Assembly: GCF_902459465.1 (NCBI RefSeq)
Contig: NC_047080.1
Coordinates: 2,046,001-2,110,000, forward strand
Reading direction: 5' to 3'
DNA from: Asterias rubens
Lineage: Eukaryota
Length of the DNA stretch: 64,000 bases
Translations under genes and position numbers: made by a program
Shown here: positions 13,101 through 24,254 of the stretch, in pieces
How positions within the stretch are numbered: the stretch's first letter is position 1
Layout: every line of letters starts with the position of its first letter
The notes under the pieces: generated by a model
What the model was told of the DNA's origin: nothing
Database searches by the model: none
What the model saw: the letters and a program-made list of their open reading frames with translations, nothing else

Positions 13101-16100
13101 CAAATTTTTTGTACAGGACTTTTCACATTTTGTCAAATCTCATCAATGGTTGGATTATATTAATTAGCAAACTGATTATTTTAATTCGCACTAAGCAAAT
13201 TTCAAATGTGAAAATAACCGAATGTTTTAATGATTGTTTTTTTTTTCCTGCAGGTTTTCTCTCTGGATTCTCCCGAGAGTTTCAACATCTTCTACAATCC
13301 AACACGTACAGCCAACCGCACCACCATGATTGAGAGAATCTCAGAGCAGATCGCTACCCTCTGCGCGTCCCTCGGTGAATACCCGGCCATCAGATATCGC
13401 AGGTCAGTTGCTTAACACAGAAGGGCAGGCCTGGAGTTTGCAAGACACTTAGCCATAGACCTTATCGCAAATACCAATGCGCAAGCGCAGACTGTTGAAT
13501 GAGGTGCATTGTGGGATATATATGGATCAAATTTGGATACCAGCAAGACCACAATGCACCTAATTCCAAGCTTTACGCGCGCGCCCCGGTATTTGCGAAA
13601 AGGTCTATTGTTGCTGCATCCTTGGTGACAAGGCCATTTTCATTTGCAAAGGGCACTGGTTGTACTCAACTCTGTAAACTCAAATGTCAAAGCTGTGCAG
13701 GATATGCTGTGGAAGATCTTTTTTTTTTACGTTATCAGGAGCTGTTTGTTAATGATTGTCGTGATGATTTTCTTTGCAGTGATTTCGATCGGAATCTTGA
13801 AGTGGCTCAGATGATTCAGAGTAAGCTGGACGCCTACAAGGCCGACGAGCCTACCATGGGAGAGGTTAGTATCGCATCATGATAAGTCCTTTTATAACGT
13901 CAAAATCACAGGGTGAGAAATTTCAGAAAGTTTTCTGGGCCCAACTTCATAGAGCTGCTTATGAAGCAGACATACTTGCTGAACAAATGTCTGCTTAGCA
14001 GAAATAAGCATGATGCCAGTCAGAAATGGCACATGTGACATGTGGCTGGTAACCTTACTCTGGTAAGCATATTTTTTAAGGCTTAGCTTATTTTTATGCT
14101 TTTAAGCAGTTTTATGAAATTTGGCCCTGGATTTTGACTTTGTTGTATATGCTTAGTGAAAAGAAGCAGTTGTTTGATACTTTATACATATATAGGAATG
14201 ATGCTCTTTGATCCACTTTTCCATTTTTTCTACCATTTTTATAAGGACTTTATCTTTAGGATATGTACGTCTTGCACGCTCTCCGAAAATCAGAGCATAC
14301 TTATTGCAACGTTGAGTTGTTGACCACTAGTTCTTTTCACATGCTGCTATCCAAACCTCTTTTAGTTAGCATTAGCAGCCCCTCTGTAACCTTGCTATCT
14401 CTCGCTCTGTCTGAAAAAAAAACCAGGGTCCGGAGAAACATCGCTCTCAGTTGATTGTCGTCGATCGTGGATTTGATCCAGTGTCTCCTCTTCTGCATGA
14501 ACTGACGTTCCAGGCCATGGCCAACGACCTCTTGCCCATTGAGAATGACGTCTACAGGTCAGTAAAGAGATCATTTCCTCATGTCATTGCAACATGGTCG
14601 CAACTCGATTCTGCAACCAAGTCAAATCTTGTACAAACAAGCTCTGTCTACAGTATCAATTATGTTATAACAATTAAATAAGAAAGCGTTCTGTGTGTTT
14701 GTCTATTGGACTCAATCTATATGGATAAAGATTCTGCAACTTCAACTACTTCTAAATACTAGTTGCTACCTAGTTATTATCTCTATTTACCTCTATTACT
14801 CAAGTTAGTACATCTACCTCTAGTTACCTCTAGTTACCTCTAGTTTCTACCTCTACCTACTAGGACTGGATGTTTGATGTTTTGTGTTCATTTAATGCTA
14901 CAACTATCAGATAAGGAGAGCAGTTACAATGACACAAAATATTATCAAAAGACAAAGTTCCCGTCTGTGTTTTTGATGTAGGTATGAAGCTAGTGGAGGG
15001 GAGATGAATGACCAAGAGGTGCTCCTGGACGAGAACGATGATCTGTGGATTGGTCTCCGCCACCAGCACATCGCTGACGTTTCACAGTAAGTACAGATGC
15101 CAAACAAAATAATTTGTAGATTCTTTTTTTTTTTTTTTTTTTGAGAGAGAGAGAGACATCTTTTTACAACACAATTCTTTTGGGTACAACAAAGCGTGAA
15201 GTTTCTCGTTTGGAAGGAGTGCTGACTCTGAGAACATTCTACTGGTGCAGCATATAAGGATTATCTAGACCCCCACCCTCATCATCTCATGAAGAGGACT
15301 AGAGTAAGCTAGTCGAATTATCAAGACAAACCCAAGTCTCCTCAGACCCAACACTCCTTACAAGAAGAGATTTTGTTGCAAAGTTATACCTGCAAAAAAT
15401 TCAAGTGCTTCTACATAATGAAATCTCTCGTTCAAACGGTTTCCTCCTCGTTCGACTCAGGACCTCTCCCCCAGCCTCGTTTTTCTCCTCTCAACTGACC
15501 TTTTTGACTTTCATTTTTACAACAGGGGCATTACCACTCAGCTGAAGAACTTTGCCAAGGCCAAGATTGGCGGCAAGATGGGTTCCGAAGGCTCAGATAA
15601 GGTGAGAAGAAGTGTACAATATTTTGGCTACGATTGTTGCTAAGGAGTGTGCTATAGACCAATCCGATGAAACAAAATTGGTAGCGCCCTCTATTGAAAA
15701 AATTAACCATTGCGGTGTCTTTTTGTGCACAATCTATGCACTGAAGACACCGCAGCAAATGGCGCGCGGTGCTCAACACTTGCGCGCCCGGATCGGTCTA
15801 TACTTCAGTACATAATGACTCCAAGATCCAGCGGTAGTTTGAGCTGCCAATTAAGACACAGCCTTTTATGGTGCAATTTTCTTTGCTCATACTGTCCTCT
15901 GTTTGGATTGTTGAAGATTACTCACTGTTCATCGTTGACTGTTATTTTTTTTAATTTTTTTTCAGACGAGCGTCCGTGATCTGTCTCAGATGTTGAAGAA
16001 GATGCCACAATATCAGAAGGATATGAGAAAGGTGAATATTGTTTTCAAAATAAAATTGATGACATCACAATGATGAACTCAAGGGCACAAGTGTCATGAC

Positions 16101-19100
16101 TGGGTATATAATGCCACATCCTCCCAAAAGGTACTCAAGGTGCTGACATTAGCTAATCGAACGATCACACTCGCCCTCTCGTGGTGACGGCTTGCACCTC
16201 AGGTCACCCCAAGTGACCCGTTCCACAAGCAGGGCACTGGGGGCTGACCCAGGTGAGCCCCATCAAAGTTATTTGAACGTACCAAGGCAGACCGGGGTCG
16301 ACTCAGGGAGATTAAACGAACGCACCCATAGTGGGGCTTAAGACTGGGGTAGACATACATTGTACGACTCCGGTCTGAGGCATATTTTGAACTGAGGGTC
16401 CATGGAGTAAAGGGAAAGAAATCTGAATTCGTCTTTTCGTTCTTACCGCAGTACTCCACCCATCTGAGGCTTGCCGAGGACTGCATGAAGCAGTTCAAGC
16501 CGTTGGTTGAGAGTCTGTGCCGAGTTGAGCAGGACCTGGCCCTCGGTACCAACCCAGAGGGAGAGAGAGTCAAGGATCAGATGAGGAACATCGTCCCGAT
16601 CCTCCTTGAGCAGAAATATTCCTCCTACGATAAACTCCGCATTATTCTGCTCTATGTCATCGGAAAGAATGGTAGGAAATCATAATGTGTGAAAATAAAA
16701 CCTGTATTATACATTTACTAGGATAAAAACATCATTGTTTGAGTGTGTTTTCTCTTAACAGTGGTCCGCTGGCCAAATGCCAGTGAAAACACCTGTGGAC
16801 CAGTTAAAATTGTCTCCAACTGACCCGGCTGTTTAGTCCAGTGTTGCAAAGCATCCCTATTTACTCTTTGTTCTGCTGGCTTGTCCCAGAAAAAAAAGTT
16901 AAGAGCAAACACTGTTTACTGATTATGAATTGATACTAGAACCTCTTTTTTCTGTGAAATGTTCCCCTCCGAGGTTGTATTTGAGAAATACTACGGATTA
17001 AGTGATCATGCAAAAACATGAACACGGTCTGGAACTATATTTGTATGCTCTACTGTGACCCTGTATTAAATCTTGTTGTACTTGATCGCTTTTTTTAGGA
17101 ATCAGTGAAGAGAATATGAACAAGTTGATTCAACACGCCCAGATTCCTGAGCCAGAGAAGCCAATTGTAACCAACATGAAACACCTCGGAGTGCAAATCA
17201 TATTTGACGTAAGTTTACTATTTAATAGATGTTAAATTTGCATCGGGGATAAAGAATATTAATTTTGGTTTTTACCCATACACCGATGTGTGTTAGCACT
17301 GTATACTCAGTACTTTCCCAAGTCCTGTGAAAAAAAATCACAGGCATGTTACTCGGGTGGGATTCGAACCCACGACCCTTGCAATTCTAGAGCAGTGTCT
17401 TACCAACTAGACTACCGAGGTTGCCCGGCAGCTAGAGGCAGTTTACTATTCTTGTTTTTGTTGCCTTCAACTACTTCAACTCCTCCCTCCTACTTTCAAT
17501 TTTGGAGTTGAGCTTTAACTGGCTACCAGCCAAAATGTCATTAAGTTTATATTGTTAAAAACTGATGCCCCACTCATTTTATTTATAGCAAAGAAATTTG
17601 GTAAGCAGTAATTTCTGCTAAACAGCTTAATGAAATTTGGCACTGATAATGTTTGGCATGAACGATGATAATGGATTGAGAAATTCTTGATCAACAGCCC
17701 AAAGCTCGCAAGTCCAAGAACTCTGACAGGAAGGAGCGCATTACGGAGCACACCTACCAGCTCTCACGCTGGACACCCGTCGTCAAGGATATCATGGAGG
17801 TAAACAAAATGGTGGTGTTGTTGTTATGTTTTGTATTTACCACTTTGGATCAGTATTCCAAAATGTTATGTTTTAAAGGCAGTGGACACTTGGTAATTAC
17901 TCAAAATAATTATTAGCATAAAACCTCACTTGGTAATGAGTAATGGGGAGAGGTTGATAGTATAAAACATTGTGAGAAACGGCACCCTCTGTTGTGACAT
18001 AGTTTTCGAAAAAGCAGTTGTTTACCATGAAATTGATTTTGAGACCTCAGATTTAAATAATTGATCACTGCTGTGTTCACATATACTGTATAGTAGATTA
18101 ATAATTGGACATTTTCCTTCTTTCAGGACACAATTCAAGATCGCTTGGATCAGAAAGTGTACCCATTCTTGTCAGGCAGATCGACTGCTACCAGCTATGG
18201 AGGATCAAACGCTAGAAGGTAAGATGTTACAACCAGTCAGAACTTGAGGAGTGGTTCCCCCTTGGGAACATAAATAACAAGAGTTGGTCCAAGCCATCAT
18301 CATCATCATCATCCTTCGTCCTTATACGGAATAGTAGAAGCAGCTTTGATGAAGTGGTGTCAGGTTGCTTTGTCCCTCATGAGTTGTTGAGTCTCGTTTG
18401 GATTGAGATTTGTGTCTCGGGTGATGGTGTCAGTGTAGCTCATTTTCTTCCTGCCGCGATATGGATGTCCGCCAGGGGGATTCCAGAAGACCAGATGCGA
18501 TATGGGTTGATCTGCTGTTCGCAAACAGTGGCCAGCAAACTGGAGAAAAAAATTGTGTACTTACTAAAGTTTTTGTTTTACCCCCCGATGAAGTGAAAAA
18601 GCAGAATAGAAAAACCAAGTAACAGATTCGGGAGCGAACCCCCCCCCCCCCCTCTAAATTTTGTATTATTTTGTTAAGCAGTATAAAGCAATGCTAGAAG
18701 TAGGGTTGAACTTTGGTAGTGAGCTCTTAAAGAAAATTGTTTTTATCCAGAAGCCTTCTTGTTCTAAAGAGGTAGTAAGCATCCCAGGGAATATTTCATC
18801 TGAAAGTTCCACCGGGGATGAGAAGGAAATCAATGAAATAAATAAATAAAATAGAATAAATAAATAAAAACATGGCTGGAGGAAATGGAGTCCAAAGAGG
18901 GCGCTATCAGATTAGTTTTCATTAATGGGTATTTTTGTGTGTGTGATACAGCGCAAGGTACGGCCACTGGCACAAGGACAAGCAAGCGACTAACTACAAG
19001 AGCGGCCCTCGCTTGATCATCTTCATCATCGGTGGTGTGTCCTACTCGGAGATGAGATGCGCGTACGAAGTCACTAAGAATCCACAGTTCACCAAGTGGG

Positions 19101-19786
19101 AATGCTACATCGGTAAGTGATGGGAAGAAAGGGAGGGAAAGAGGAAGGGGGGCGAGTTAAAAAAATGGTTCTTGGACTCGTCATTCCAAAATTAATACAA
19201 ATACTAAATGCATACCCCTTTTCTCTATAGGATTGAACAGTAAACGTTTTCCCTTGTGAACCATAGCCAAATGCTACACAAAATGTAACTCATAGTATTT
19301 TGCACTAATGGCGTAACTTTGGCGCAAAACAACCTGAACGTCAGGTGGACATCCCACTACCACTCTTGCGAACACTGCATAGGCATGCCAGACTACAGAA
19401 GCAGCACAGTCAGTAGACTCAAGAAACAGGCTTGGACATGTGTGCCCCAGTTTGTTTCTGACATTTGACTTTGTCTACAATGACAGTCTTCGTTTGCCAT
19501 GCAATATAGCATTCAGTTTGCAAATGCTTGGTCTCAAGACTGTACTATGCACAATTGTTGGGCGAAACCCTTGGCAAGTTCAACGTTTTGGAAGAAAATA
19601 TGAAGCATTTCCAGTATTATACATGTACACTTGGTTTGCCTGTCTTTGTTGAAGCATATTTTCACCAATTTTAGGAAACAATTATTTACTGTGACCCCTT
19701 TTGTGGCCTTTCACTATTCAGGATCGACACATATTCTGACTCCGGAGGGGTTCTTGACAGACCTCCGTGACCTCAGTAACAGCTGA
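4186..19786 (+). CDS. STXBP1: Syntaxin-binding protein 1 / Munc18 / UNC-18 (Sec1 family), 18 exons, 594 aa
   Basis: Exons 4186-4213, 8277-8326, 9025-9106, 9874-9950, 10995-11073, 12699-12805, 13254-13402, 13780-13864, 14427-14557, 14982-15086, 15526-15601, 15966-16031, 16452-16671, 17099-17208, 17698-17799, 18127-18218, 18952-19112, 19722-19786. All GT-AG, phases consistent, sum 1785 nt. Motifs [53 protein letters not shown]. Confidence 0.97.
4745..4872 (-). mobile_element. Merlin-like MITE, one TIR partly deleted
   Basis: Same body; flanks ATTTCTTC/ATTACTTC (7/8). Confidence 0.75.
5205..5670. mobile_element. TIR element with subterminal 11-mer arrays and 7-bp TSD
   Basis: TIR CGG(G)TCCTACTACTTGCCG; arrays of GCCGTCAACTC / GAGTTGACGGC; ATTATTT at 5198-5204 and 5671-77. 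Confidence 0.75.
5782..5970 (+). mobile_element. AT-TSD MITE (AGACC termini; ISL2EU-like)
   Basis: AT|AGACCGATCCA...TGGAGTGGTCT|AT; inverted homolog at 46857-47044. Confidence 0.75.
6997..7075 (+). repeat. Direct tandem duplication, ~39 bp x2
   Basis: GGGAAATGTAATGTGTGTTTAGTATGATTGGCAAAGCAT appears twice. Confidence 0.9.
8345..8522 (+). repeat. G-rich 32-bp minisatellite, ~5.5 copies
   Basis: Unit TTTGGGGGGATTCTCACTTGGGGAGATTCCCA, made of two related ~16-mers. Confidence 0.95.
10016..10402 (+). mobile_element. Family A TTAA MITE (Kolobok/T2-like), full length
   Basis: TTAA-AGGCAGTGGACACT...AGTGTCCAGTGTCT-TTAA, ~380 bp, non-coding. About 13 copies in the window. Confidence 0.9.
11151..12110. 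mobile_element. Non-autonomous hAT-like element (960 bp) with 6-bp TSD
   Basis: 19-bp perfect TIR TAGGGCCACTGATTTTCCG, subterminal TTCCGTTT repeats at both ends, and CTCTCC directly flanking both sides. Confidence 0.8.
12141..12226 (+). repeat. ~16-bp tandem repeat (AAGCTTTCCCGYTCGC), ~5 copies
   Basis: Immediately right of the hAT-like element. Confidence 0.85.
13457..13606. mobile_element. AT-TSD MITE
   Basis: AT|AGACCTTATCGCAAATACC...GGTATTTGCGAAAAGGTCT|AT. Confidence 0.75.
13938..14126. mobile_element. CWG-TSD Harbinger-type MITE (family F)
   Basis: CTG|GGCCCAA(C/T)TTCATAGAGCTGCT...TATGAAATTTGGCC|CTG. Fragments also near 9480-9630, 17515-17642, 24480-24720, 51040-51170 and 55280-55390. 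Confidence 0.75.
15656..15799. mobile_element. AT-TSD MITE
   Basis: AT|AGACCAATCCG...CGGATCGGTCT|AT. Confidence 0.7.
17224..17443 (-). mobile_element. Interspersed repeat H carrying a tRNA-like module
   Basis: Minus strand 17421-17350: GGTAGTCTAGTTGGTAAGAC (A box/D arm)...GTGGGTTCGAATCCCAC (B box/T arm), then hairpin CCTGTGA-T7-CACAGG and a conserved ~100-bp end. Confidence 0.75.
17853..18056 (+). mobile_element. Family A MITE, 5' half
   Basis: TTAAAGGCAGTGGACACT start; similarity ends at gacctcagattta. Confidence 0.8.
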
Positions 19787-21961
19787 ACAGTTGCAGCCAA
19801 TCACAGCACAGTCGTGCTGGGCAGTGACCAATCAGAGCCCAGCCAACTTTCAAACCAACTCAACACAAGCCATACATTGCCGTCGTCCTCCTCCTCTGTG
19901 GGCGGGGCTAGGCAACGCCCACGTCACGGTAGGTTACGGCACCTTCCCAATCGTAACAGCGATTGCACCGAACCCGACAAGCACAAGCTATTACAGGAAT
20001 AGCAACAAAAATGCGTGATTGGCCCTATCTGACCTGTAGAGGGAGCTATAACAAGAAGAAAAAGAAAATTCTAAACAAGAACAATCTAAACATATTTACT
20101 CAGACAATGAGCTCATGTATTTAATCACATTGTACCTGTGATATTTAAATGCCATGAACTCGGTATAAACAAGCTCTCAAATTCTCTTGTACACGCTATA
20201 CTCACTTAAAAATTAAAATTAAAAGTTAAAATTTATAGCCAATATTTATCGATCATGATTTTGTGGAAAAAGTAATTTTTGGCGGGCCATCCGGTTATGG
20301 AAAAAAACATGTTTTCGTTGACAATACAATAATTGATTTGGTGCTTTGAAAAGCTCCCTCTACTGGCAGCATATGTCCAATTTAAATCAAGGGGAAACTT
20401 TCCATGGCTTGCCTGCAAGTTTTCCGCGAGTGAAATTGTTTTATTTCATAACCAAGCAATATTCAATAGATTGATGAAATCAAGATGTTGGGAAATATCA
20501 ATTTTTAAGAAGTTATAATTAAATTGATTCTGTTTTGATATTTGAATGATATTTATTTCCTCATGGTTCGATTCCGCGGTGTTAAAAGTTCATAAGTTTC
20601 AGTGGTTCTGACAATCGCAGAGATGCTGTAGGGTCGAATTATATGAATAGAGATATGCGAAGTAGTGAAATAGTCAGTTTGTAAGCTTCATTTACAGATT
20701 TTTCAGACATTTTTTCATCGGTGAATAATTTATTGTTGTTGATTAAGTAAATCAGAAATAGATTAAACATTTCACTTTTGTCTTTTTTCCTGTTGTCAAG
20801 GCAGCCATTCCATGTATCGTACCCAAATATACGGAGTGCATACTAAATTTGTAAAATGAAAATACATAAATATTCTACAATTTGTCTTGGCTTTCTGTAG
20901 TGCAGTTATATCAATGTTGGACAACTTATTATAGCTCAGAATCAACTATGAAACGTGTTAACCATTTGTATGATTGTAGTCGAACCTATCCGATTGAAAA
21001 TTAGTATTGAAGGAAAATAATATTTGACGTAATTTTAATATAATCTGCTGCATAGGGTATACTCGGTAAGAACTATTAACATTTTAACGATGATTGAAAC
21101 GAGGAACTTTTGGGGGTTTTTTTCGAGCCGGAAATCCTTGGAGTGTTTGAGAGAAAACTATTCAGAGACGTCCGCTGTTTCATGTCGTGTTGTTAGATTG
21201 GGAATGAGGTGTTGCTTGTCATGCTTGTTTGTGTTAACATTGATTCCAGTTGGATACTTCATGAAACAGTAGTAGGCAGGGTTTGGTCGCAGACTGAAAA
21301 TGAGTTCACAATGGGTGGGGGGGGGGTGCACCTTGCCCCGTATCGAGTTTACAGAAGATAGCAGCCACCGATGACATCAGTGCTAGTGTCTATAGGGCCC
21401 CCCAGGGATCTCACATTTTACTTCAAGATATCTCTACCAAGTCAGCAGTGCAATACTGTATACCTACATGTAGCGTAAAACTTTATGTACAAAAACTAAG
21501 GCATCAATATAGCTTCAAATTTTCTCTACAATTTTCTTTCTCTTCATATTTGTAAAGATTTAAATCCACAGTGTGTGATGGTATTAATTACTGGTCGAAA
21601 CAATGTGGTAGATTTCTGAATTCTAAATATGTACTGATTCAGAATATAATAATTGATAAGTACAACTGTAGATAGCAGTAAACATGGAAAGTAAACAATT
21701 AAACTTTTTGACTCCTAAGATGTAAGATTGAGATTAATTATGAAGCATGGTATGTTAATAATGTCAGAGGTGTTTTGATTTTTTATATGACATTCCTTTT
21801 TCTAGTGTTAAAATAATCCCAGTGAGTTATGCCCCTGTGGTTTTGTTTTGGGTTTAAAAATTGTTTTTGTTACTACACCAATATTTGATTTCAAAATATT
21901 CTTTGACATTAATCACAAAAGTAAGGGAAATTTAACAAATCTTTAAGACCCAAAAGTGCTG

Positions 21962-22127
21962 GGCCAAATTTCGTAAGAGTCGGTCAAGCACAAAAAGTAG
22001 CTAAGCATAAACAAATTCTGGTTACCAGAACAAGGTTACCAACCAAACTACCATGTCCTGCTTATGTTTGCTTAGCGGGATATTTTAAGCGCTTTTGTCT
22101 GCTTAAACAGCTCTATGAAATAGGGCC
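21962..22127. mobile_element. Family F MITE (in the putative STXBP1 3' UTR)
   Basis: CTG TSD on both sides, GGCC termini. Confidence 0.75.
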
Positions 22128-22437
22128 CTGCAAGTTAAACAGCAAAATTGGCATTGGTCAAAAGTAAAAATAAAATGGTTATAGTTTTTTTTGTATATAC
22201 AAGATATATTATTTACCCTTTTTTTTTTTTTGGGGGGGGGGGGGGGTGGGAGGGGGTCTTTTAAAATATTTATACCTACACAACTGGCATAACTAGCTTT
22301 CCTCACCTCAGAATGGTAATTATAATTTAATTTCCTTTCTTGGGATTGTGGAGTCGGATCTTGTTTTCTTTTTTATAAAGTATAAATGTTTAAGAAAGTC
22401 AAATATAAATTAAAGTTTATTGTACATGTATATTATT

Positions 22438-22443
22438 AATAAA
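22438..22443 (+). terminator. Candidate polyadenylation signal (AATAAA) of a long STXBP1 3' UTR
   Basis: AATAAA followed by GT/T-rich sequence (gttagttgttgtattt), about 2.65 kb after the stop. Position is inferred only. Confidence 0.4.
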
Positions 22444-23431
22444 ATTGTATATTAGAAAAAGTTAGTTGTTGTATTTAGGATCTATGTAGATTATACAAAG
22501 CTTAAATATGTCCACGCCAAAAAACAAACAAAACAAAAACATGCAAATTGCAGGCAAAACCGTGATTTGATTGTTAATTTCATGATCTTTTTTGGGGTTG
22601 GCATCTATTTATTGATATAACTTCTTTCTTTCAATTCGAGTTAAATGGCCCTGTCACAAGATGCAATTTTCTAAGCAACTTGGAGGCAACCAACTGCAGT
22701 GCATGCTACAGGATCTTTTTGGTAACACAGCAATGTCTTTTCAAACAATGTCTCACAATCCCCAAGAAACAAATAAGGACATTGAAATAAGAATGCCATT
22801 TCTTCTTGGAGATTGCCTGGAACTGGTTTGCCTTGCCTGTAAATTTCCGCTTGTGACATGGGCTTAATAATCATACCCAGATATTATACAACTATTAAGA
22901 AATTTTTAAACAGACTCGGTGATATTAATCTTGTACTAATCAGAACACAACTGTGTTGTAAAAATAGAAAAGAAAAAACAAGTTTCTCTTATTCTCAACA
23001 CAAAACTGAATTTAATTTATTATAATTGTTCATGTAAAAGTGTTGACTTCTATCATTACTTGGGAAAGTTGTCTTCACTTCTTTAAAAATCCTTAGTTCG
23101 TGTACATTTACAAATTCCTTATATTCATGATACAACAGTATAGATCAGTTGTAACTTTTCAAATCTCTGAATTAGCTAAGATACTTGTATAATCCCAACT
23201 CCATCATGTGTGTATCACGTTAATCAGTGAATTCTTGTGGCTGAAATTTGGTAACGTATTTTAAATGAGAATATTGTCATACATTAACTGTTTCAATGAA
23301 ACTAAAAGAATTAAAATCAGTGCATGTCAAGTGGGAATTAGACTTTGTTTATCTTGTTTGTTGTAAGGTTTCTACGATTTAAAAAGGTGTGTATCCTAAA
23401 AACATGTGGGAACAATTTAGAGGCGTTGCTG

Positions 23432-23811
23432 TTAAAGGAACACGTTGCCTTGGATCAGACGAGTTGGTCTATAAAAAGCATTTGAAACCGTTTGTTATGA
23501 AATGTATATGGTTAGAAAGATGTTTTAAAAGAAGAATATAATGATCCACACAAGTATCACTCAAAATTGCACGGTTTTCTTTTTACGTCGCGAACTATCA
23601 CAGTCGGCCATTTATGGGAGTCAAGCCATAAATGGCCGACCGTGTTATGGACGAGGTAAAAAGAAAACCATGCAATTTCAAGGTATATTTGTGTAGATCA
23701 TTGTATTCTACTTTTACATCATCTTTTTACCCATATGCATTTTATAACAAACGGTCACAAAACGCTTGTCAAAGACCAACTCGATCGATCCAAGGCAACG
23801 TGTTCCTTTAA
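23432..23811. mobile_element. Family D foldback TTAA MITE
   Basis: Perfect 21-bp terminal IR AGGAACACGTTGCCTTGGATC with TTAA on both sides. Long imperfect palindrome. Confidence 0.9.
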
Positions 23812-24254
23812 GCTTTTTCTTGTAAACTGGCTTATCTGGATGAGTTTAAAGCACTTCCAATGATATGATATAAATTGCACTCCTGTTGTGCTTTTTGAAA
23901 GTTCACTATTATAAGTGTAGGTAGCAGAATGTGGAATCGAATGACCATCATGACACTTCTGCCTCGAGTTGGGAAGGTAGTTCATTCTGCTCTACCAACC
24001 AGGCTCCTACTAGATCATACCCATGCCTACACCCTCAAGGACTGTGAAGTGCGTAACCCTGTTTCTAACCCAGGATTAGGCGGCAGTGTAACCCTGGTGG
24101 CAGTTGATTTGGATCGACAGCTCAAATCAGTTAAGTTTAGCTCTCACCTTGAAGTGGCCGTCTGGCTTTGTGACTTGAGCGATATCTCATAAAATTGTTT
24201 TTGTAAAAGGTCTTTATAAATACATTTCAATTTATGCAAAGAGATAAGTTATTG

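Noticed and set aside
17350-17421. tRNA-Ser(AGA) gene
   Set aside because: Acceptor stem pairs only ~5 bp, the anticodon stem has mismatches, and there is no long variable arm. It is embedded in a multi-copy repeat, so it is treated as a tRNA mimic.
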